Of a stretch of DNA of 64,000 bases, positions 33,660-44,122 are shown one piece after another (positions within the stretch are counted from its first letter, which is position 1; each line of letters opens with the position of its first letter). Both the position numbers and the translations under genes were made by a program. Source of the DNA: Halocafeteria seosinensis (Eukaryota); the NCBI GenBank assembly GCA_001687465.1, contig LVLI01000050.1, positions 1 through 64,000 of the forward strand, given 5' to 3'. The notes under the pieces are model-generated. The model was not told the DNA's origin. It saw nothing but the letters and a program-made list of their open reading frames with translations, and did no database searches.

Positions 33660-34197
33660 GTGTTGTTGTCATTCGACGGACCCGGTCGCCTCGGTGGCAA
33701 GTGAATACGAGCTCTACGCAGGTTTCGATGTAGCAGGGAAACCTCGAAGGGAAACGATTCTATTGTCACGCTAAACTTACGGTACTTTTTCGTTCAAATG
33801 TCGCGTTGTTGGAAGTGTAATTAAATGGTCGCCGACGACTTTTGGTAGCCAGGAAGAGGAATTCACTTCGAGTCCTGTGTTCATGTATTCATCAAAATAA
33901 TGACAGTCAACTGCTAGCTAGTGATCGTACTCGACAGGCCCTCTCCTTGTGTGTCGTTTAGGGGTTTGGGTCCCGAGATCCTGTGATGGGCCTGAGTCGT
34001 CGTCAACATGGAAGAGCAGTTTGGATTGTTATTTATAGGCGTAAGACAGACATCATCCACAGAGACCCTCCCTAGGTATTGTGGGGTAAAGTGCACCCAT
34101 TTACATGGAAATTACCAGCTCTATATCTCGGCCCTTTCCCTCCGGAGGCAAGCGCCCATTACATGCACATTATTAGACTGATTGCGTGCTGAGAAGG

Positions 34198-37100
34198 ATG
34201 ATGATGATGATGATGATGATGTCGAGATCACTCTTGTTTCTCTTCATCTACTGCGCAGCAGCAGCAGGAGCAGGAGCAGGAACAGCTGATTCGGCCAATC
34301 TACGAGAGGGAATTATCAGCGGAGGCGAACAATTCTTCACCTACAATGAAACCCGCAAGATGTTTGAGTTAACAGGGAACTTCGTCTGGAAGGATGTGTA
34401 TGAGGCGCATAACAATGTGCACTACTACATCGCGCTGGGACCGCATGAAGTGTTTGATGGCAATGATTTCACCATTGATTTATTTGATGTTGGGAACTTC
34501 CCAGGCTTATTCACTGTCGAGAAGGAAGTCACCGCGTTTACACAAGCTCCCGAAATTCGCAATTTGCACACGAAAAACGGCGAGATTGCCACCCGTGGAG
34601 GATTCATTGTCCAAGGAGAGCAGCGGTTTTTCATTGTCGATTCATGTAGCTCCTCGGGGAAAACCATGGGAGGTAACGAACACAGCAATGCTGGTGGCAT
34701 TTGTGGCCACCGATGTGGAGCTGACGCAGGCCAAATCAGTATACTGAATTCGTTTTCGTCAGGGAAGATAAACTCGAAAGGCGCTGGTGGGATTGCAGGA
34801 GGTCGAGTGGGTGATGAAGGAGGGATTGTTAACATTACCAACTGCCACTCAAATGGTGTTATCTCTCACAAAAATTCCGGTGGAATTGTAGGAGTTGATG
34901 CTGCCAGAAAAGGTGGAGAAATAGGAGTGTTCCAGTGCCACAGCTCCGGGACAATTTCGGCGAATCATGCAGGAGGAATCTGCGGCGCGTTTTGGTATGA
35001 AACAGGAGGTACTGTCGAAATTACACAATCGTCTTCTACTGGTAACATTGACGGTAAGTATAGTGGAGGTATCATAGGCGGAAACGCTGGTCGCAATGGT
35101 TTTGCGGAAATAACGGAATGCTACTCCACAGGAGATGTCAATGGAATCTCCAGCGGTGGAATTGTGGGACAAAATGCTGGCGAAGGCGGTGGAGTCGTCA
35201 ACGTGCTCCGGTGTCATAGCACGGGTATAGTAAAAGGGAAGTACGCCGGAGGCGTTTGTGGCTCATTTCGGGCTATTGCTGCTGCAGGCTCGGTATACAT
35301 TACGGAATCGTATTCTAGGGGTGCTATCGATGGATACGGTAGTGGTGGCGTCATAGGCGCAGAAGCTGGGCGAAAGGGCGCTGTGGAGATAAAAGGATGC
35401 GATTCTACAGGACAAATCAGTGGGTCTTCTGCGGGTGGGATTGTCGGAGTTGATGCTGCGCAAGATGATGGAGAAGTCAGAGTGACCCAGTGCTACAGTT
35501 CTGGTAGAATATTGGGGGAGAATGCAGGAGGTATTTGTGGCTCGTTTTGGTACGACGAGGACCGGCATGACGGCGGTCTGGTTTCCATTACTCACTCTTA
35601 CTCAACGGGTGAAATCCAGGGTGTACAGAGTGGAGGTATCATAGGCGGAAACTCTGGTCGAAGTGGCGAGGCAGAAGTAAGAGAGTGCTATTCCACTGGA
35701 AATATTACTGGTGAAAAAAGCGGTGGTATCACGGGCCATAATACAGGGGAAATTGACGGAATGGTTGATATTGTAGACTGCTACAGTAGAGGGAGCATAA
35801 GCGGTTCCAGAGCAGGCGGCATCTGCGGGGCTGATATGAAAGGCACTGTAGACGTTACAAACACGTACGCCTCGGGAGAACTCTCCAGAAACGAAGCGGG
35901 AGGAATCATCGGAAGGACAGACGTATCGGAATCCTCTATCACTGTCAAGCACTCGGTGTATAGTAAGCCACTTGTGGGAGGTGATGGCGAAGAACTGGCC
36001 ACTGAAGATAACGTAATCAATTCCGACGACGTGGACGACATTAAGGGCCAGCTTTACCACGCCAATGGAGTGAAGGTTTGGTCCGATGCTGTATGGGCTA
36101 CAGATGGCCCCGTTTCATTGCCCGTATTGCGCTTTCAGCTCTCAACACCCAGTCCTACTGCGTCGACTACCGCTTCAACCTCCTCATCACCGTTGTTGAC
36201 CAGCACTCCCAGCGAAACAATTACCGTGACTTCAACGCCTACGACGTCCGAAACTCCAAGTGGTACTTCCACGAGAACGCAAACTGCTGCATTGACAGCA
36301 TCTCCTAGCAGTACATCTACTGCAAGCCGAAGTCCTACCTCTACAGGCACTCCCAGCGAAACAGGTACCGGGACTCCAACGCCGACTTCGACTCGAACTC
36401 CCAGCGAAAGCAATACGGGCACTGTGACTCTGAGTTCTACCGGTACACCTAGTCGAACAGTGAACAGCGCCGAAAGTGCTACATCGACATCTACGGTTTC
36501 CCAAACCCTGACGAGAACAGCTAGCTTTTCGAGTACCACTACCTCAAGTCGGAGTAGTACTCCTTTATGGACGTGTAGTCTGACATCGTCTGAAACATCA
36601 ACGTTAGCGACGGTCACTGGAGTAGACAATCTATCGTCTGAACCAAGTCGCTCCGGCAGGACCACCGTCACTGCTTTCTTCCGGATATTTGCTGCGGCAA
36701 CAGTGGCTGGGGCTATGGCGGCGTTGACCATCTACCTTGGATATAAACGGAGAAACAACAAAAATGCAGCCAAAGCATCAAGCGATCCTCGAGCAATGTA
36801 TGCAAACCAAATTGGAATACCTTTGGGGAATTTGAAACTGATGTCAAGCCTTGGAACTGGCTTTGCTTCGTCAGGTGGTACATCTTTGGTCCAATCGCAG
36901 GGAATTTCATCGGAAACACATAAAGGAAAACAGGATGTTACGCATCCTGATCACTCTCAAGTGCGCGCTACAAACCCCTTAGGACATATGCAAGTTGCTC
37001 ACATCAATCCTTTAGCGTCAGACACTCGAAGACATCGAGCTGTGCACACGAAGTCGCCAAAGCGCACTGTATCTGACAAGTTTACTCTCAAGTCTGGTAA

Positions 37101-37725
37101 GACGGATCAGCGAAACATTAAGTCATATAAGCTTTCTGGGGTTCGCGCTGGCTCAGAGTCTACTGAAGTGCTTCAAGAAAGCACGGCTGCAAGCTCTGGT
37201 GAACAGACAGGCAACGAGACTCGCGTTGTACTTGTGGATGCTCAGTCGGCTCTCGGTTCTGGGTCGGTGCGCATAGTGTCTACGAAAGCCCCAAAAGCGT
37301 CAATTGAACAAAAGCACCGCTTGGAATCAGGCAACCGTACCCTTCAAGTAGCCGTTGCCGCAGATGTGAACACAGGCCATTTAGAGCGGCTTGAGAGGGC
37401 GCAACTAAGACTCCGACAGTGGAAAGCCCGACTACTGGCAGAGCCACCTCCATTGATTCAGGTTGAGAGCAGTGATACTACTCCGTTTGACGAGTCGAGA
37501 GAGTATGATGAACGGTCGGTATCTGAAAGCTATGCCTCTTCTCGGGTGCATGTTCGCCGTTTAGAGTTTGCCAGGTCAGGGCCTAATGGTGGTGTTGAAG
37601 GTGGGCTTTCTCGCGAAACCGAAGAGCATCGTCGGAGCCAGCTTCGTCTGGAAGATGTTTCTCCAAAGAAGGTCTTCACCCCTCAAGTTTCAAGAGGTAA
37701 ACGCTCAGTGTCATCTTCGGACTGA
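34198..37725 (+). CDS. GLUG-like TM receptor, 14 coils
   Basis: 1179-aa ORF; begins with (ATG)8 then signal-peptide-like SRSLLFLFIYCAAAAG; TM and full cytoplasmic domain. Confidence 0.9.
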   Translation: MMMMMMMMSRSLLFLFIYCAAAAGAGAGTADSANLREGIISGGEQFFTYNETRKMFELTGNFVWKDVYEAHNNVHYYIALGPHEVFDGNDFTIDLFDVGNFPGLFTVEKEVTAFTQAPEIRNLHTKNGEIATRGGFIVQGEQRFFIVDSCSSSGKTMGGNEHSNAGGICGHRCGADAGQISILNSFSSGKINSKGAGGIAGGRVGDEGGIVNITNCHSNGVISHKNSGGIVGVDAARKGGEIGVFQCHSSGTISANHAGGICGAFWYETGGTVEITQSSSTGNIDGKYSGGIIGGNAGRNGFAEITECYSTGDVNGISSGGIVGQNAGEGGGVVNVLRCHSTGIVKGKYAGGVCGSFRAIAAAGSVYITESYSRGAIDGYGSGGVIGAEAGRKGAVEIKGCDSTGQISGSSAGGIVGVDAAQDDGEVRVTQCYSSGRILGENAGGICGSFWYDEDRHDGGLVSITHSYSTGEIQGVQSGGIIGGNSGRSGEAEVRECYSTGNITGEKSGGITGHNTGEIDGMVDIVDCYSRGSISGSRAGGICGADMKGTVDVTNTYASGELSRNEAGGIIGRTDVSESSITVKHSVYSKPLVGGDGEELATEDNVINSDDVDDIKGQLYHANGVKVWSDAVWATDGPVSLPVLRFQLSTPSPTASTTASTSSSPLLTSTPSETITVTSTPTTSETPSGTSTRTQTAALTASPSSTSTASRSPTSTGTPSETGTGTPTPTSTRTPSESNTGTVTLSSTGTPSRTVNSAESATSTSTVSQTLTRTASFSSTTTSSRSSTPLWTCSLTSSETSTLATVTGVDNLSSEPSRSGRTTVTAFFRIFAAATVAGAMAALTIYLGYKRRNNKNAAKASSDPRAMYANQIGIPLGNLKLMSSLGTGFASSGGTSLVQSQGISSETHKGKQDVTHPDHSQVRATNPLGHMQVAHINPLASDTRRHRAVHTKSPKRTVSDKFTLKSGKTDQRNIKSYKLSGVRAGSESTEVLQESTAASSGEQTGNETRVVLVDAQSALGSGSVRIVSTKAPKASIEQKHRLESGNRTLQVAVAADVNTGHLERLERAQLRLRQWKARLLAEPPPLIQVESSDTTPFDESREYDERSVSESYASSRVHVRRLEFARSGPNGGVEGGLSRETEEHRRSQLRLEDVSPKKVFTPQVSRGKRSVSSSD

Positions 37726-38744
37726 GTGGTTAGCTCAACATGAAGTACTGTTCAACGTTGGGCAGGTGTTGGTGATTTGACGCAAAGTATGCATGTACTC
37801 ATTTCTCCACCTATTGCGAGATTTTCCAGGGATGATTGTAGGATGGAGGCGACGAACGCTCGTTTTAGCTTGCATATTTCTACACCAGTTTCTTAGGATT
37901 TTGGAGTGGTATGCAAACGGACTCTCATCTCTCTATCCTTGTGCGAACTTACTACCCTAGCTGGTCAGGCAAATCGAAGCTGTTGCCACCACTTTCAGGT
38001 ATCAGGAGCTAGTCAATTGGCGCGTGTTGCTTGAAGGCATATTTCATCGTAACTTGATTTGAGGGTCCATGTCAAGCTGCTGCTACCTTGAACTTATCTG
38101 TAACTACATACATGCATGCCCGCGATACAGTAGTCAATTCACATCCATCTTACTTCTTCTTTGTTCCATCCCTCCTCCTTGTTGTCGTGCGACGCCTACA
38201 CCAAGCAAACAAGCACATACATAACAGGTCTACAAGTTCCGGCGTCGAGGGCCTCGTGGTACCAAAGGGTACAAGTGGTTGGTGATGCGCTGCGATCCCG
38301 GAGTGCGATTCCGGGGCGCAAGAATAAGAAGTGACAGTGGGCTCAACGACCCTTGTGCTCGTCCGTCCGTCATAGCCCCTAGATCTGCTCGTTGATGTGG
38401 ATTTGCGACAAAGCAGTAAAAGTGATTGATGAGCACCAGTAGTGTATAAGAACAAGGCGGGGCGACCTTTATGGCTTTTGCTTGTTTTGCCGGGGGCTTT
38501 TCTTGCTTCATTCTCCTTATATTGTTGCTACAGATACATTTCCACATTGTAGCAACGTATAGAAGGACTTGCTAAGCGCTGTGGCCTGTCATAGAGGAAG
38601 AGAGGCCTCGGAGGGGGTCAATTACGCGTACATCTTCACCGAAAGAATGCCAAACACGAGACTCAGGTAGCTACGACGACGAATGAATTGGGACAGTCCT
38701 TACTGCTGAGAAGCACCCATTAGGACAGACTGTGTGCAGACATC

Positions 38745-41700
38745 ATGATGAAGCATTGTTCTTGTGTAGCAGAAATGCTACTCGGAATCGTCGAGAGAAA
38801 CTTGATTTTCTTACAACTGTTCAGTGACAAACGCTCGCGGCTACGCAATTCGAGGAAGAGTCATATTGGAATTGTTGGACGTACAAGGTATAATCTTACT
38901 TTGTATCGTTGGTTCGAGGTTGCGGCAGTCATCTTAGCCGCGTTCCTAATCTTGTTACCCGGTTGGTGGATGGGAGTACTTGCTGAGACCGACTTGCGCG
39001 CGGGCATCTTAGACGGCAAGTATGGCGATCATGTAACATACAATTCTAGCAGCCTGACGTTTAATCTAATCCAGAATGTGGATGAACTGGAACATACATT
39101 TAATGGTAACGACGATTATATTACCCTCGAGGCCAACGAGACATTCGAAGGAAACGGCCACACGATTAATTTAGATGGCTTAAATGAATTTGAGGGACTA
39201 TTTGCCATAGGAACGGAGAATGCAGGCAAGGTGGACTCATTTGAGAAAGCTCCCATAATTCGCAATTTGCATATGAGGAACGGGAAAACTAGTCGGAATG
39301 GGGGATTCATTGTCCGAGAAAAGCAACAGTTTTTCATTGTAGAATCATGCAGTTCTACAGGAGAAATCTCTGGCACTAGCTCCAGTGACGCTACTAGTGG
39401 CGGTGGTATATGTGGATACCGATGTGGAGCTGATCACGGCCAGATCAGTATATTGGACTCGTATTCAAAAGGAGATATCCATGAAGGCGCCGGTGGAATA
39501 GTGGGAGCTCGTGCGGGGTATGACTTTGGCATTGTTAACGTTACCAACTGTTATTCAACTGGAGTTATCGAGAAGACAAATGCGGGCGGAATCGTTGGCC
39601 TGTTTGCTGGGCGTTCTCACGGGAAAATATATGTTACAAATTGCTCTTCCAAAGGTGATATGGATGGTCCCCAAAGTGGTGGTATCGTCGGCGGCGAGGC
39701 GGGATATGACCACGGGCTAGTTGTGGTCCACAAGTGTCATTCCATTGGGGAGATTGTAGGAGCCAAGAGTGGCGGTATTGTCGCCGATGATGCCGCTGAG
39801 GGATACGGGGAAGTGAGAGTATCTCAGTGCTATAGTACAGGAAATATTGTGGGAAAAGAAGCGGGTGGTATTTGTGGCCAATTTTTGCTAAATGGGGAGG
39901 ATGTTGGCGGCTCAGTCTACATCATGCAATCTTATTCTACAGGCCTCATTGACAGCAAGAAAAGTGGAGGTATTATAGGGGCAAACGCAGGTCGGAAAAA
40001 TGGATATGCAGAGATAAGAGAATGCTATTCCACCGGCGATATTAGTAAATCTTCTGCTGGTGGAATTGTGGGAGCTGATGCTGCTAGGGAAGATGGCACT
40101 GTGCGGGTGATTCAGTGCCATAGTACTGGAAAGATTTCAGGGAAGCATGCGGGAGGTATATATGGTGCATTTTGGGATGAGCCTGGAGGTAAGGTTAATA
40201 TCACGCAATCTTATTCTACAGGCCCCATTACGGGCGAGAAAAGTGGAGGTATTATAGGGGCAAACGCCGGTCGAAATGGGTATGCAGAGATAAGAGAATG
40301 CTATTCTATTGGAGAGATCAGTGGAGGGAGGTGTGGAGGTATCACGGGTCATAATGTGGGGGTAAAAGATGGAAGAGTTGATATCATTGACTGCTACAGC
40401 AAGGGAGACATCACTGGCCAGGAGAAACAAGGTGGCATATGTGGTGCTGGTGCACAAGGAACTGTGACGATCACAAACTCATATGCCTCGGGTGAGATTG
40501 ATAATACCAATGTGGGAGGTATTATAGGGAGTATATCTACTTTCACAAGCTCCGTGAACTCCATCACTATCAAATATTCAGTATATAATGGAGAGAGTGG
40601 CGGGAAGGTAGGAGGTGGGAGTGGGGAATCCACTGGGGATGAGGATGAGGATACAAACCTTGGCTTGTATGGTAATTCGGGCGATTTAAAGGACATTACA
40701 GGTAGGCTGTACCATCTTCCCCAGCCAAATGGTTGGTCCGATGCCGTATGGGCTATAAATGGCACCGATGAGCTCCCTGTATTGCGCTTCCAGCTGCCAA
40801 CACCAAGTCCCACGGCTTCCAGCACCTCATCGCCCTCGTCAACCAGCACTCCCAGCGGAACAGCTTCCAGGACGGTGACTGACACTCCATCAAGGACACG
40901 GACGAGAACCCGAACTTCTACTTCGACAGTGAGTCGGAGCAACACACCTAGTGTAAGCCGAACTCCTACAGCCACGGGGACATCGAGCAACACGCCTACA
41001 GGAAGCACAAGTCCTCCTTCTACGGGAACTCCTACTGAAACAGCGACTGTGACTCAAATATCGACTTCGACCGGAACTCTAACAAGTACGAGAACTGTCA
41101 CGTCGACACCGACTGGAACTCCTACTGGAACTAGCTCGTGGAGTCCGACGCCTACATCCACCCACACTCTTAGTCAAACAAGCTTGGCAACTGTCACTCT
41201 GACGTCTACTGGAACTGCTAGGGAAACACGTGCGAAAACCCCAACACTGACATCGTCCGAAACTCCAAGCAAAACCTATATATATTCCCTACGAGCAGTA
41301 TGACACCCTCGGGTTCCGCTACGATGTCGTCAACTTCGAGTTTGGGAGGAGTTGCTGGAGCTGAGAGCCTATCGTCCGGGTCAACTGGGTCAAGCGGAAG
41401 CAGAATATCTTCTGCCCTGCGAATTTTTGTTCCAGCTACTTTGGCTGTAGCTCTAGCGGTGCTGATTACGTATCTTGGGTATAGGCGCAGACGGAACGAA
41501 GCAGAAGCGAAAGCATCGAGTGATCCTCGAGCAATGTATGCAACTCAGCTTGGAATACCTTTGGAAAGTTTGAAGCTAATGTCTAGCTTGGAAGCTGGGT
41601 CGGGTACTCTAGGTCATATGTCTTCTGTCCAAACTCAGGAAGCCTCTTTGAACTCAGGAAGCCTCTTTGATAGCAGAAAAAGGACACAAACAGAGTATGC

Positions 41701-42527
41701 GTCAACATCCAGAAGGGTCTCAAGTGAACGCAACGGATCCCGTAGGGGAGATGAAGCTTGCTCACATCAACCCTTTGGCATCTGGTGCCCAAAAAAGTCG
41801 AGCTGAACAGACTGAATCAAAATCGACGAAACAAACTGTAGCTGATAGGTTCGCTCTCAAGTCGGGCAAGACGGATCGACGAAACATTAAGTCATACGGA
41901 GTTTCTGGGATTCAGTCTGGCACAGAGTCTGCCGTCTTTTCTGTAGGAAGCATGGTTGCAGGTGCTGAGGGGAAGGTACAGAACGAAGCTCGCGTTGTGC
42001 TCGTAGATCCGCGCGCTCAATCGTGTACCTCTTCGGGATCGGTTCGCATTGTCTCGACAAAAGCGCCAAAACTGGAATGTGGGCAGAAGAACAGCTCTGG
42101 TGCAGGGAAGGCGAGACTGCAAGTTGCTGTTGCAGCTGATGTCGATACCACTCAACTAAGACGCCTAGATAGAGCTCGGCTAAAGCTCCGACATTGGAAA
42201 GCACGGTTACTGGCGGAACCACCTCCGTTGGTACAGGTTGAAACTGGTGCTACTATGACATCTGCCAAGGATGTCGAGGATACATGTAAATGGCCTGCTC
42301 ACCGCTCAGCTTCTGAGAATTATGCTTCGACACCGTTATTCAGTGATGCGCATATTCGTCGCTTGGAATTCTCCAGTTCCAGACCGGGTGCTAGTAGTCT
42401 CGGTGGTGGACTATCGCGTGAAACAAAGCAGCATCACCAGAGTCAGCTTCGTCTCGAAGACGCTCCTCTAAAGAAGCATTTTGCTCCTCAGATCCCAAGG
42501 AGTAAACGATCGCTGTCGCTGTACTGA
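38745..42527 (+). pseudogene. GLUG-like TM receptor, 13 coils, interrupted by two frameshifts (first ORF 38745..41303 could yield a TM-less product)
   Basis: ORFs 38745..41303, 41300..41806, 41667..42527; +2 in a TA run near 41280 and a 19-nt tandem duplication at 41632-41669 relative to the 50.3-50.7 kb paralogue. Confidence 0.8.
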
Positions 42528-43734
42528 AGGATTTGCTCGGAGAATGCTATGCCCACGATGTGCCCGATTCCGTGACCATTGAACACTAGTGCACCGCATA
42601 TATAAGCGGATCACGAGATATACGTCGTACAAAAATACTGCCAATTGCGCATTTTGATATGCGATAAGACAATAATGGGCGTATGCTGAATGACTTGACT
42701 TCTCACCACAAGCGAGGAGCCTCGAGTTGTGCCGCACAACCTGTGCGTTGTGCGGAGGGCAAACTTCGTTGTATTGACCCTCAAGTTCACGTTTTAAAGA
42801 TAGATTCAAGGTGGTGATTTCCTAGAATTATTTTTCACTCTTGAGTTATCAATGGTAGTCCTAGAATGTGGTACAATACAAGTGTCTCGTTTCTGGGAGT
42901 TTCACCTCACGTGTTTGAAGGAATTCACCGGAAGAACTGCACTAAACACCGCTAGGTCGTATTCAGATAGATGCTTCAAAGTAGTTCCACCTTAGAATTT
43001 CTTGCGTACTCCCTTGAATCTGCACGGCATGCCGTTGGATTCTCAGCTCTCAGCTCTCAGCTCTGCAAGACGGCGCATGGGTTGGTATCCCCCGCCATGT
43101 GGTGACTAGAGAGGAGAAAAGGGGATAATGCGACTCCCGAGAGCCCTACGTGGACACACATGCACCCCCTCAAATTGCGGCCCAGCCCAATGGACTGTGC
43201 ATGTAGGCGAATAGAGACCAAAGTAAGAAGAAGAAAAAAGATATACTGTAGTGAAGGGCTTTAGAAAGGGAAAAGTTGCTGAAAGACGCGTTTTTTTCGT
43301 TCGTGGTTTCCCACTTTCTCGTTGGTTGGTTGCAGATACATGGTACTGTATTAACAAAGAAGAAGAAGAAAAGACATCATTTGGGAATTGTGTCTTGTCT
43401 GTCTCCTACAGTCTGTAGGAGAGCATTCTACTGCTGCTGCTATACTGTGTACCACACGCATGAAGGTGTGGCTGGTTTCTGCGCAGTCGGGTAATTCTCT
43501 TGTAATCTAATTAGAAAATTGACGTCGTTTCACGGGCATGAATTGATAGACGTTGAGTTCCCAAGCAGAGGGATAGTGAAGCGAAAACTAGAACAGGTTC
43601 TCTCTCCCATCCATGATGTATTCAAATATTCTCCGGGGCCAGAGCCGGATTCCGCAGAGAGCCTTTTGGTTTTGGGAAACAGAGGCACACACACACACGC
43701 ACACCCACATATACATACTGTACTGTACATCCAA

Positions 43735-44122
43735 ACACACCAGTGGGGGATTGTTATTGTGGATGAATTGAGAGAGCTAGGTAAGAGAGATATGCTGTTG
43801 TAGGCAAGGGAAGGGGTGCTGAAGACGCGGTTTTCCACGTTTTCCTTGATACATTTTGCGTTGCTTTTTTTGATTGCAAATACACTGCCACAATAACATT
43901 GGCGAGATCACAGGGAGGGGAGATTGTGCCGTTTTTCCCTCTTCGCTCTGTGGAAGAAACCACTAGAGGTATCAGGCTAGCATTCTGGGGCTGCGGACTC
44001 TGGACGCAAACAGGAAACGCACTTCTCCCACATGCAGGTACTCTAAGCATATATATATGCAACGACTACTGTGTGGTAGTGTACTAAAACTGGACTGGCT
44101 CAACTAATCTGTGTGGACTGAA
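43735..44122 (+). repeat. Duplicated upstream region shared with 47468-47835
   Basis: Shared blocks such as gagagctaggtaagagagatatg and tatatatatgcaacgactactgt...tagtgtactaa...gactggctcaactaa. Confidence 0.9.

Noticed and set aside
43041..43064. (CTCAGCT)3 short tandem repeat
   Set aside because: Ordinary microsatellite with no supporting context.
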